64,000 nt of DNA from an uncultured Methanomicrobiales archaeon (GCA_964551875.1 CAZKEV010000004.1:3398-67397); one strand, 5' to 3'; positions 28,188 through 36,848 are shown, counted from the first letter of the stretch. Numbers and translations are program-made. The notes: generated by a model from the letters alone, not told the origin.

Positions 28188-30096
28188 ACCGCTCCTGAAA
28201 AGAATTCTATCGACTGATTCACGCCTCGTCATTCTCCTGGATCCCGATAACCTCCTTCCCGACGAAAGATTTGCCGAGGAGATCCGCAAGTCCCAATACG
28301 ATATTCTTACTTATCGAGACCCAATTGATTTTCGATTCCACTATGAATCCGATTACCGCAGTAAATGGGACAGAGATGAGGCTATCGGAAAGAAATTGCT
28401 CGTTACATTTCAGTCAGCGGATGCCGCTTCGGTTCCTGTGGATCTCAAACATGAAGGAACGGTACTGAAGATCACCATATCAGACGTTTTTCCGCTGTTC
28501 AATCCATTAATCCTAGAACAAATTGGAATCTCGTTATTTGATGAAATCTCCACAAAATGCCAATTTTCGGGAAAAGAAAAACTGAGCGAATCGAATACAC
28601 AAGAATTGATACTTAAATGCCTCTACGGAATTGAGCCTGACCAAATTACAACTTCAATACTATTTATTATCAAACTCTGCACCATTCACAATCAAAACCA
28701 GGAGATTCCAGCCATTCTGTGCGATTATATTGTAAACAAAATAAAACAACAAGTTCAATTAGAAAATATACCTCTTCGTCAATTATTTGACCGAAATTAC
28801 TTCTTCTCGTTTCTTCAGGGGCAATGGGGGCCTTATCTAAGATCAATTCTTGACGAATCCGTACCCGTTATCCCGTTTCATGATCCATCAATTCGGGTTT
28901 TTATTGATACATTCTTCTTTGACGGTCTCCTCCAGCCAATAGAATGTGAGCAATACTCCAGGCTTCCCCAATGGACTTTGTGTGGTGTGAAGATAGATCC
29001 ATTCAATGACGCAAAACGACGAATTGAAGGATTAATGGGATTGCTTGATGGTCATCTACCGGATACCAATGCCAATTACAAAGAATGGATACGTGCGGCA
29101 TGGCGATGGGCAGAAGTAATTTGTCTCTATTCTGGCTTTAAAAAGGAAAAATTGGATAGCACCCTTGATGTGAGGATAAAAAAAATCCATGCTGAAATTG
29201 AAGCTAACTTTGAAAAATGGGTCAAAGATAATTTCAGATCTTTACAGAACACTCCATATCTCCCAAAGCCGGTGGTTGTTCATCATATCGTTCACTACCT
29301 CGCAGCACAATCGAAAAAGAAAATTGCTCTTCTCATCCTCGACGGGCTTGCTCTCGATCAGTGGACATTGATCCGACAGGACCTCCGATCTTCGTTTCGT
29401 TTTGAGGAGGAAGCTCTCTTCGCGTGGGTACCTACCCTCACTTCGATATCCCGCCGTGCAATCTTTTCTGGAGAGAACCCCTACGCTCTTGATGTTTCCC
29501 TTGAGGATTATGAGAGCGAAAGGCGCTTCTGGAATCATTTCTGGATGTCTCATGGCTACAAGGACAATGAAATTGCGCTCATAAAGGCTCTTAAATTCAA
29601 TGATTCGGAAGAAATCGAAGAAATTCACAATATTCAAAATAAACATGTGCTCGGCATCGTCATCAATACAATAGATGATCTCCTGAAAACTTCAGATATT
29701 ACCACATCGGACCTTCACCAGTTTGTAAAAAATTGGATAAACAAGGGACATTTTGTTCGCTTCATACAGAAATTATCGACTTGGGGCTTCGAGGTTTATA
29801 TCAGTTCCGACCACGGAAATATCTGCAGTATAGGGATCGGAAATATTCGTGAGGGAGTATTAGTTGAAGAGAAAAGTGCCAGGGCGAAGATTTATCAAAA
29901 TACTCAATTGAGAGATCGTGCATACAGAGAGATTGGAGAGGGGATACCATATGATGACCCAGATTTTAATTATGCAGTATTACTTTCAGAAGGCCTGGCG
30001 GCATTTTATAAAGAAGGAGTAAAAATCATCTCTCACGGGGGAATATCCCTCGAGGAAATGGTTGTTCCATTTATTGCGATACATAGGGATGAGTAA
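28165..30096 (+). CDS. pglZ: BREX alkaline-phosphatase-superfamily protein PglZ
   Basis: LLILDGLALDQW and YISSDHGN motifs. 643 aa. Overlaps the brxHII end. Confidence 0.8.
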   Translation: MQIVNWREPLLKRILSTDSRLVILLDPDNLLPDERFAEEIRKSQYDILTYRDPIDFRFHYESDYRSKWDRDEAIGKKLLVTFQSADAASVPVDLKHEGTVLKITISDVFPLFNPLILEQIGISLFDEISTKCQFSGKEKLSESNTQELILKCLYGIEPDQITTSILFIIKLCTIHNQNQEIPAILCDYIVNKIKQQVQLENIPLRQLFDRNYFFSFLQGQWGPYLRSILDESVPVIPFHDPSIRVFIDTFFFDGLLQPIECEQYSRLPQWTLCGVKIDPFNDAKRRIEGLMGLLDGHLPDTNANYKEWIRAAWRWAEVICLYSGFKKEKLDSTLDVRIKKIHAEIEANFEKWVKDNFRSLQNTPYLPKPVVVHHIVHYLAAQSKKKIALLILDGLALDQWTLIRQDLRSSFRFEEEALFAWVPTLTSISRRAIFSGENPYALDVSLEDYESERRFWNHFWMSHGYKDNEIALIKALKFNDSEEIEEIHNIQNKHVLGIVINTIDDLLKTSDITTSDLHQFVKNWINKGHFVRFIQKLSTWGFEVYISSDHGNICSIGIGNIREGVLVEEKSARAKIYQNTQLRDRAYREIGEGIPYDDPDFNYAVLLSEGLAAFYKEGVKIISHGGISLEEMVVPFIAIHRDE

Positions 30097-30822
30097 ATGT
30101 CGAAACGGATAGGCTTTGACCGATATATTACCATAGAATGGCTCGACATGATAGCAGGATTGCTACAACATGAGAATGACATCAATAAAATCAGAGCATC
30201 AATGCATTCGTACCTCGAAAAAGAACTTCCTCATTACGAGAGTCGAAAAAAAACTATCTCCATTCTTTTACGAATTTGGTATAAGGTTCCTGATGAATAT
30301 AGGCCCCTACGAGATAGGGCCATAAAGATCCTTTCTACAGCATCCCAAGAAGATCGTATCTGGATCCACTGGGGAATGACACTTCTTGCTTTTCCATTCT
30401 TTAGAGATATTATAACATGGTTGCATCGATGTTTTACTTTGCATGATCATTGCACTATGGGCGAGGTACATCGGAAAATTGAGGAATCATGGGGCTATCG
30501 CACAACAATGAAACCTGCCATAAGAAAAGTGATTCAATCTCTTATTTTATGGGGCGCAATAGATAAAAATTTAAATTCGCATGTTATTACCAGAAAGAAA
30601 TCCTTTGCCGCATCAATAAAAGAAATAGAATTTTGGTTTTTATATGCAATTCTAGCTTCTGAAAATTCTCATTCGATACCTGTTGAGCGTATGAATAATA
30701 TTCCAGCCGCGTTTCCTTTTTTACTGACTATAAATCCCTCTGACCTCGTAAAATCAGAGAATTTTTCCTTACAAATGGTTGGTGGAAAAACAGAGATTGT
30801 TCTAACAGAAGAAAATGTGTAA
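30097..30822 (+). CDS. brxA: BrxA-like (DUF1819-type) protein, last gene of type 3 BREX
   Basis: 241 aa, starts the nucleotide after the pglZ stop. Called from position and size in the type 3 gene order. Confidence 0.6.
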   Translation: MSKRIGFDRYITIEWLDMIAGLLQHENDINKIRASMHSYLEKELPHYESRKKTISILLRIWYKVPDEYRPLRDRAIKILSTASQEDRIWIHWGMTLLAFPFFRDIITWLHRCFTLHDHCTMGEVHRKIEESWGYRTTMKPAIRKVIQSLILWGAIDKNLNSHVITRKKSFAASIKEIEFWFLYAILASENSHSIPVERMNNIPAAFPFLLTINPSDLVKSENFSLQMVGGKTEIVLTEENV

Positions 30823-30932
30823 TCCACCGAGAGAGAAATGTCCCCCCTTACCTGATCGACTACGCCATCCACCGCCCGAATAAATAATCTAGATAAAAGA
30901 CAATGAAATTATCAGCGAGATCTGGATAGACC

Positions 30933-31583
30933 ATGCGCTCCCTCCTCATCCTCAGCGGCGGTGTCGACAGCACAACTCTATTGTATGATCTCAGAAGCCA
31001 GGGCTACGAAGTAGAGGCAATCACCTTCGACTACGGCCAGAAGCACAAGAAAGAGATTGAGTTCGCGAGGAAGACCTGCAAGAAACTGAATGTACCCAAT
31101 ACCGTCCTGGATCTCAAGATCTTAAACGAGGTCGCCCCGTCCAGTTTAACAAGAAACAATATCGAAGTCCCCGAAGGGCACTATACCGAGGAGTCGATGA
31201 AGGCGACCGTGGTCCCGAACAGGAACATGATCTTCCTCTCCCTCGCGGCGGCCCGGGCCATCGCGGGCGGCATCCCGCACCTCTTCTACGCGGCCCACTC
31301 GGGGGACCATGCCATCTACCCGGACTGCAGGCCGGTCTTTGTGAGCGCCATGGAGACGGCCCTCCACCTCTGCGACTGGACCGATATCACGCTCCATGCC
31401 CCGTACCTCCACCTCACCAAGGCCGATATCGTGAAGCTGGGCACCGGGCTCGGAGTCGATTACTCCCTCACCTGGACCTGCTACCGGGGAGAGGCCCTCG
31501 CCTGCGGGAAGTGCGGCTCCTGCACGGAGCGGCTCGAGGCGTTCAGGGAGGCGGGAGTGGAGGACCCGGTGGAGTACGGGTGA
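30933..31583 (+). CDS. queC: 7-cyano-7-deazaguanine synthase QueC (full-length copy)
   Basis: LILSGGVDSTT PP-loop, NRNMIFLS, and C-terminal zinc-site CYRGEALACGKCGSCTERLEAFREAG. Confidence 0.9.
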   Translation: MRSLLILSGGVDSTTLLYDLRSQGYEVEAITFDYGQKHKKEIEFARKTCKKLNVPNTVLDLKILNEVAPSSLTRNNIEVPEGHYTEESMKATVVPNRNMIFLSLAAARAIAGGIPHLFYAAHSGDHAIYPDCRPVFVSAMETALHLCDWTDITLHAPYLHLTKADIVKLGTGLGVDYSLTWTCYRGEALACGKCGSCTERLEAFREAGVEDPVEYG

Positions 31584-31652
31584 GGAAGGCGAATAAAAGA
31601 AGATTGCCAGTCACGGTGGTACGAGGGGTTTAAGGCGGAAGGATGAAACGGC

Positions 31653-32096
31653 TCATTCCCCGGGTCCTGTCTTTTCCAGGAGTTTTTCCATGCGGGTGAG
31701 GAAGGCGTGAGCACCCCTGACGGCGGATTCCACCTCCTCGCGTGAAGGGGCCGCCGAGAAGGAGTACTGGTCCATGTGGCGGGCGCTCCTCATCCTGCTG
31801 AACTGCGCAATCCATGTCGGTTCAAGAGCACCCCGTGCGGCGTACGAGCCGAGATAGAGCTCGACGCAGATATGGCTCTTCTCCCTGACGCCGTCCCGGT
31901 AGAGGATTGCCCGGGCGGCATGGAAGAAGGCATTGTAGCAGGAGATCAGAGAAGACCGGTTGGCACCGGCAACCAATGCCTTCTTCGCCTCCTCCTGCCA
32001 GACGCGGGACTGCTCCAGGGATCGCCTCGCCTTGGCCAGGGAAGGCTCGACCCTCCGTAACAGGTCCTTTGCGTAGCACTCTTCAAGCGAGGTCAA
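31653..32096 (-). CDS. HEPN domain protein
   Basis: CYNAFFHAARAILY and RSARHMDQY motif. Overlaps the upstream NTase gene by 14 nt. Confidence 0.75.
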   Translation of the reverse strand: MTSLEECYAKDLLRRVEPSLAKARRSLEQSRVWQEEAKKALVAGANRSSLISCYNAFFHAARAILYRDGVREKSHICVELYLGSYAARGALEPTWIAQFSRMRSARHMDQYSFSAAPSREEVESAVRGAHAFLTRMEKLLEKTGPGE

Positions 32097-32697
32097 AGCC
32101 CTTTCCCCTGAGCACGATGGCCGATCTCATGAAGGCGTGGTAGAAAGGGGGATCCTCCCTCTCCAGGTCCCCGAGTTTCTGGGGAGACAGGAAGAGGAGA
32201 TGGACCTCCACCCCGAGATTCCCGGTCAGGATTGAGATGAGCTCCCCCAGGGAAGCCTCACCGGGATAGTTCCTCGCGAATACCCAGAGATCCAGGTCGC
32301 TTCCCCTGGTATTCGTGCCCGTGGCCCAGGACCCGTACATGCCAATCCCATCTGCCCACCCCGGCAGGGATATCACGGGCATGAGCCGATCCAGGTTCAG
32401 GAGGATCTTCACCGCCCTTGTGAGAGATCCATCTGCGGGCCGGTAAGATCGGCCTTCCCGGCTAAGAAGCCCGTGCCTGACAAGGAGGGGGAGATACCGG
32501 GAGACGGGGGCTTTTGAGAGGCCGGTAGCCCTGGAGAGAGACTGGACCGTGGAGGAGGGCTCAGAGAGGGCCTGCCGGAGGATCGAGACCCGCCCTTCAG
32601 TGCTGAACAGTTCGGAGAGCACAGATGATCTCTTTGTCCCCGGAAGATAAAAAATTGTTTCCATACAAGCAACGAATCGTTGCTCTATCAGCAACAA
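32083..32697 (-). CDS. wHTH-fused nucleotidyltransferase (MNT-type)
   Basis: LSRATGLSKAPVSRYLPLLVRHGLL (wHTH) plus MYGSWATGTNTRGSDLDLWV (NTase). The true start may be Met12 (METIFYL, 32664), just downstream of a palindrome. Confidence 0.7.
   Translation of the reverse strand: MLLIEQRFVACMETIFYLPGTKRSSVLSELFSTEGRVSILRQALSEPSSTVQSLSRATGLSKAPVSRYLPLLVRHGLLSREGRSYRPADGSLTRAVKILLNLDRLMPVISLPGWADGIGMYGSWATGTNTRGSDLDLWVFARNYPGEASLGELISILTGNLGVEVHLLFLSPQKLGDLEREDPPFYHAFMRSAIVLRGKGFDLA
32668..32684. promoter_or_regulatory. perfect palindrome AGCAACG-AAT-CGTTGCT just upstream of the probable start of the wHTH-NTase gene
   Basis: Read directly. A further AGCAA half-site follows at ~32690. Confidence 0.4.
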
Positions 32698-32740
32698 TAT
32701 GTTTCTTGAACGGCAACGGGCCCTGATGCTCCGGGGAGGG

Positions 32741-32954
32741 CAACTGGACCGATATCACCCTCCATGCCCCGTACCTGCACCTCACCAAGGCCGATATCGT
32801 GGAGATCGGCGCGAGGCCCGGGGTCGACTACTCCCTTACCTGGACCTGCTACCAGGGAGAGGAACGAGCATGCGGGAAATGCGGGGCCTGCACCGAGAGG
32901 ATCGAGGCGTTCAGGGAGGCGGGGGTGAGGGACCCGGTGGAGTACTCAGATTAA
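32741..32954 (+). pseudogene. queC 3'-end fragment 1
   Basis: Encodes WTDITLHAPYLHLTKADIVEIGARPGVDYSLTWTCYQGEERACGKCGACTERIEAFREAGVRDPVEYSD*. No 5' part is present. Confidence 0.8.
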
Positions 32955-32979
32955 TAAGATCCACAAGAGCGTATTGAAT

Positions 32980-33330
32980 TCAGGTGTTTCCTGCGGGACG
33001 CAGGATATTCTCAATTTTTTCCTTCAGGTCAGGAATGTCTTTCTGGATGGTCTCCCACACAGCCTCGTAATCAACACCGAAATAATGATGGATGAGCTTG
33101 TCCCTCGTCCCTGCGGCCTTTTTCCACGGGATGGCAGGGTGATTCTCCTTGAATTCACTGGAAATATTCTTTGCTGCTTCACCGATGATGGTGAGCATCC
33201 TCTCGATACCTGCTCTTTCCAGGGGCCTGTCCTTCAGGTCTCCCGCTGAAGTAATGCTCCTGGAGAAATCCTCTATCTGGAGGATCGCGTCGTACATGTG
33301 CTGTATATAGGCGCGATCCCTCTGGTTCAT
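32980..33330 (-). CDS. hepT: HepT (DUF86/HEPN) toxin
   Basis: RDKLIHHY (Rx4HxY HEPN motif). 4-nt overlap with the upstream MntA-type gene. Confidence 0.85.
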   Translation of the reverse strand: MNQRDRAYIQHMYDAILQIEDFSRSITSAGDLKDRPLERAGIERMLTIIGEAAKNISSEFKENHPAIPWKKAAGTRDKLIHHYFGVDYEAVWETIQKDIPDLKEKIENILRPAGNT

Positions 33331-33623
33331 CCCAGGATCACCACTTCATCATGCCGGACCGAATCGATGAGGTAGGGGCTTACCGCCTTTTCGGTAAGGA
33401 GGTCCACCTTGAGGTGCAGAGCTTGTTCAAGCTCCTCTTCGATTCCTACAAGGTCGAAGAGGCTCTTAGGTTGGGCAAACCTGACGAGGATATCGATGTC
33501 GCTCCCCGGGCCTGCTTCCCCTCGTGCATAGGATCCAAAGACCGCGACTCTCCGGACCCCGTGGGGTTTCAGGATCCTGAGAATGGTCTCCTTCACTTCC
33601 CCTTGAAGCCGTTTACCGGTCAT
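33327..33623 (-). CDS. mntA: MntA-type nucleotidyltransferase antitoxin
   Basis: VAVFGSYARGEAGPGSDIDILV. Confidence 0.85.
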   Translation of the reverse strand: MTGKRLQGEVKETILRILKPHGVRRVAVFGSYARGEAGPGSDIDILVRFAQPKSLFDLVGIEEELEQALHLKVDLLTEKAVSPYLIDSVRHDEVVILG

Positions 33624-33635
33624 GTGAGAACCGTC

Positions 33636-33923
33636 CTATGCATAGACGACCTCCGAAAGAATCGGTTCCCTCAGACGGGGCTTGATAGCTCCCTTCATCA
33701 CAAGATCCACCTTCCGGCCAAAGAGGTCCTCGAGGTAGAACTTCAGATCAATGTAGTGATCGAAGTTCTTCTCCCCTTCCCGGAACTCCACGAGGACATC
33801 TACATCACTCTCGGGCTTCTCCTCTCCCCGCACGAACGATCCGAAGATCCCGATCCGTTCCACTCCGAACCGGTTCCTGATCTCCTGCTCATGCTCGCGG
33901 AGGAGCGAGAGGGGAATTGTCAT
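33636..33923 (-). CDS. second minimal nucleotidyltransferase (orphan, upstream of mntA-hepT)
   Basis: IGIFGSFVRGEEKPESDVDVLVEF. Confidence 0.8.
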   Translation of the reverse strand: MTIPLSLLREHEQEIRNRFGVERIGIFGSFVRGEEKPESDVDVLVEFREGEKNFDHYIDLKFYLEDLFGRKVDLVMKGAIKPRLREPILSEVVYA

Positions 33924-34057
33924 CGATCTCTGTTTAGGTTCTCCCGCTTTTTATAGGTATAGTGTTAAATGCAACGCGATTCGAGAGTAGAATCATTTAA
34001 CACGACTGGAGAAGATCCAGAGGGTCTTTGATTGTAAGGGCGGTCATCACGAGGAAT

Positions 34058-34384
34058 ATACCGCACCTCTTCTACGCGGCCCACTCGGGGGACCATGCCA
34101 TCTACCCGGACTGCAGGCCGGTCTTTGTGAGCGCCATGGAGACGGCGCTCCACCTCTGCGACTGGCACGACGTCACCCTCCATGTCCCGTACCTGCACCT
34201 CACCAGGGCCGATATCGTGAAGATCGGCACCAGGCTCGGGGTCGACTACTCCCTCACCTGGACCTGCTACCGGGGAGAGGCCCTCGCCTGCGGGTTGTGC
34301 GGCTCCTGCACGGAGAGGCTGGAGGCGTTCAGGGAGGCGGGGGTGGAGGACCCGGTGGAGTACGCGGATTCGAAAGTGGAATAG
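34058..34384 (+). pseudogene. queC 3'-end fragment 2
   Basis: Encodes ..PHLFYAAHSGDHAIYPDCRPVFVSAMETALHLCDWHDVTLHVPYLHLTRADIVKIGTRLGVDYSLTWTCYRGEALACGLCGSCTERLEAFREAGVEDPVEYADSKVE*. Homology to the full gene starts abruptly at ~34058. Confidence 0.8.
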
Positions 34385-34400
34385 GAAGAAGAATGTCTCA

Positions 34401-34853
34401 TCAGGGAGAAGTTTTCCCGTAGCCCTTCCCGGTCAGGTGGGAAAAGACGATCTGGTTGATCTGTTCTGCATCCCTGACGGTTCCTTCGGCGGAGGCTTGT
34501 CCATACGTTAAACCATAATCGGCAGATTCGCGGGCAGTTTTCGCGTTCCGGATATCGGTAACAAGAGAGGCGGGCAGCAGCCCTTTATCGGTGAAAAGTT
34601 CCTCGATGGCAGCGATGAGGCAGTCATGGCTCTTTTCGGTATATCCGACGCTGAATAACAATGATTTGAAGGCATGGAACATGGAATAATACGCCTTGAT
34701 GATGGTCCATTTATAGTCGGGTTCCCCGAGGGATCTCTTTGCTGATTCGAGATCTTTCTCTGCTTCTCTCATCTCGGCTTCAATGTCTCTGGTATTGACA
34801 GGGATTTTTCGTAAACCCCGCTTGCTGATACAATTACGAAATTTATAGGACAT
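34401..34853 (-). CDS. HEPN domain protein
   Basis: AYYSMFHAFKSLLF and ARESADY motif. Paralogous in layout to 31653..32096. Confidence 0.75.
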   Translation of the reverse strand: MSYKFRNCISKRGLRKIPVNTRDIEAEMREAEKDLESAKRSLGEPDYKWTIIKAYYSMFHAFKSLLFSVGYTEKSHDCLIAAIEELFTDKGLLPASLVTDIRNAKTARESADYGLTYGQASAEGTVRDAEQINQIVFSHLTGKGYGKTSP

Positions 34854-34856
34854 GTT

Positions 34857-35381
34857 TTACCCTTTCAGGATAATTCCCTGTGAAATATTGTCAAACAGGA
34901 TTTTATCCTTTGTTTTTAATCGGTATGTCTCATCCGGCGTACTGATCAACGGAGACATCTCTCTCGTAATCTTTCTCTGGTGCCTGGCGAGGATCTTCTG
35001 GACCGCATCCTTGTCTTGCGTTTCGAGAAAGAGATCAATATCGCTCTCATAGGTATCTTCTCCCTTTGCGCAACTGCCATAAAGGATGGAGTTCGTTGTT
35101 ACCTGGTCAAGATCCCTGATAAGATCGGTCAACTCGAGAAGTGTGAGACAGATTTTCATATGCCTGAGAAGTACGCTCTTCATATTCGCCTGATAAAAAA
35201 CGAGATTCCCCACGTCTTCATGGGTTACCAGCCCCACCTCTTCCAGCTGCTTCAGATTTTTACTGATCATCGAGACGTCGTAGTTTAAAGATCTCGCCAG
35301 GTCCCTCACGTGGAACTTATTTGAGTAATTTCTGCCCAGACCGGCTAGTAAAATCAATGATGATCTCCGAAATAATTTCAT
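34857..35381 (-). CDS. wHTH-fused nucleotidyltransferase (MNT-type)
   Basis: VRDLARSLNYDVSMISKNLKQLEEVGLV (wHTH) plus ILYGSCAKGEDTYESDIDLFLE. I chose the start at Met68 of the track ORF by alignment to the paralog at 32083..32697. Confidence 0.7.
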   Translation of the reverse strand: MKLFRRSSLILLAGLGRNYSNKFHVRDLARSLNYDVSMISKNLKQLEEVGLVTHEDVGNLVFYQANMKSVLLRHMKICLTLLELTDLIRDLDQVTTNSILYGSCAKGEDTYESDIDLFLETQDKDAVQKILARHQRKITREMSPLISTPDETYRLKTKDKILFDNISQGIILKG

Positions 35382-35516
35382 GTATGGAACGAAGAAATCC
35401 GATCGGGCGCTAAATTGGTTTTGCCCATTGTATTCTCCTTGAATCCCTGGTTTTTGTCTCCTGTTTCTTGATGGGCGCTCGTCCAGGCTGCCTTTTTGGG
35501 GGTGCTTGCCCAGTGT

Positions 35517-35579
35517 TTGTTGATTTATATTCAACAATTGTTGACTCTTATTCTTCATGTGTTGACTATAAGTCAACAC
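35517..35579. promoter_or_regulatory. cluster of GTTGA-type palindromes: TTGTTGA-N7-TCAACAA (35517..35537) and GTGTTGACT-ATA-AGTCAACAC (35559..35579)
   Basis: Read directly. The first spacer is TATA-like (TTTATAT). Upstream of the wHTH-NTase gene. Confidence 0.5.
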
Positions 35580-35639
35580 CACCCTATAAATCTTCGGGTA
35601 AAATCTCTCCTCTTCCCAAGGATGTGGAGAACCGTCCTA

Positions 35640-35883
35640 TGTCAGCGCCATGGAGACGGCGCTCCACCTCTGCGACTGGACCGACATCACCCTCCATGCC
35701 CCCTACCTGCACCTCACCAAGGCCGATATCGTGAAGCTCGGCACCGGGCTCGGGGTCGACTACTCCCTCACCTGGACCTGCTACCGGGGAGAGGCCCTCG
35801 CCTGCGGGTTGTGCGGCTCCTGCACGGAGCGGCTGGAGGCGTTCAGGGAGGCGGGGGTGGAGGACCCGGTGGAGTACGGGTGA
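35640..35883 (+). pseudogene. queC 3'-end fragment 3
   Basis: Encodes (S)AMETALHLCDWTDITLHAPYLHLTKADIVKLGTGLGVDYSLTWTCYRGEALACGLCGSCTERLEAFREAGVEDPVEYG*. One amino-acid difference from the full copy over this span. Confidence 0.85.
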
Positions 35884-35908
35884 TCCAGGATCCGAGGGAA
35901 CAAGAGAA

Positions 35909-36130
35909 ATGACATCTCCAATCGAGGAAATCACGGTCAAATGTCCCAGATGCGGCAGGGAATACCAGGACTGGTACCGGCCCTCGGTCAACCTGGCACT
36001 CGACGATTTTGACGAGGAATACCTCGACGAATGTTCAAGCGCCACATGCCCATTCTGCCGGTTCAAGGTGCATATCGATACCCTGCTCGTCGATAAGAAT
36101 GGAATTTTTCACTTCGGGGGATCGGAGTGA
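35909..36130 (+). CDS. small zinc-ribbon protein
   Basis: CPRCG....CPFC pairs in a 73-aa ORF. Confidence 0.5.
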   Translation: MTSPIEEITVKCPRCGREYQDWYRPSVNLALDDFDEEYLDECSSATCPFCRFKVHIDTLLVDKNGIFHFGGSE

Positions 36131-36201
36131 AGGAATGCGGATTATCCTCAAGGTAATCTCAACCCTCATATAGAGCATCGCTCCAATCCTGATATTGACC
36201 A

Positions 36202-36525
36202 TTGATGAGGAACAGGCAGTACCCTTTGGGGAGACCTTCTCTTGAAGAGATCCAGGCCATCCTCCGCGAGCACCTTCCGGAGCTGAGGCGGGAGTATGGA
36301 GTCAGATCCCTCGGGATCTTTGGTTCCTATACCCGCGGGAATGCAAAGAAGCGGAGCGACCTGGATATCCTCGTCGAATTCGAGAGGATCGGGACGCTCC
36401 TCGAATATATCCGGCTGGAAGACACCCTCACCGATCTCCTTGGTGTAAAGGTTGACCTGATTGACAAATCCACTCTGAAACAAGGTATCAAGGCCCGGAT
36501 CCTGCGTGAAGCCATCCCGGTATGA
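36202..36525 (+). CDS. minimal nucleotidyltransferase (MntA-type), no intact HEPN partner
   Basis: LGIFGSYTRGNAKKRSDLDILVEF. Confidence 0.8.
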   Translation: MMRNRQYPLGRPSLEEIQAILREHLPELRREYGVRSLGIFGSYTRGNAKKRSDLDILVEFERIGTLLEYIRLEDTLTDLLGVKVDLIDKSTLKQGIKARILREAIPV

Positions 36526-36569
36526 AAGCCGGTAGAAATTACCGGATTTTGGCATCCTGGAGTTCAATC

Positions 36570-36848
36570 TTACACTCCGATAACCGTGAAGAACTTCTCT
36601 CGTGATTTGAGAACAGGGCTGATATCCTCGAGTGTCCCGTACTCTTCGGCATTCTTCAGGTATAGCTCAATAGCCTCCCGAATGTTTTCCAGGGCTTCCG
36701 AAGGTGTATCTCCGCAGCTCGTAACTTCCAGTTCAGCGCATTTTGCGACGTAGGTATTTTCTTCGTTCCATATGGCGACAGTAAAATAATAAGGACCCAT
36801 ACCCTCTTCACCGGATGGTTGCATTCTCTCTCCGATACTATAGCGCAA
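36570..36848 (-). CDS. HicB-like (UPF0150) antitoxin-type protein
   Basis: YYFTVAIWNEENTYVAKCAELEVTSCGDTPSEALENIREAIELYL matches the HicB N-terminal domain pattern. The start is probably an internal Met (36824 or 36800). Confidence 0.6.
   Translation of the reverse strand: MRYSIGERMQPSGEEGMGPYYFTVAIWNEENTYVAKCAELEVTSCGDTPSEALENIREAIELYLKNAEEYGTLEDISPVLKSREKFFTVIGV

Larger units (their letters stand above)
18487..30932. mobile_element. low-GC defence island carrying type 3 BREX
   Basis: Hand-counted lines are ~40-45% GC versus 63-70% in flanking core lines. It sits between HAD fragment C and queC. Confidence 0.6.

Noticed and set aside
30933-31583. queC as a component of BREX or of a Dpd-like 7-deazaguanine DNA-modification system
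   Set aside because: No dpdA/tgt-like, queD or queE genes are adjacent. queC is separated from brxA by a 110-nt gap, and its 3' part has core composition. It is most simply the housekeeping archaeosine-pathway gene serving as an integration target.
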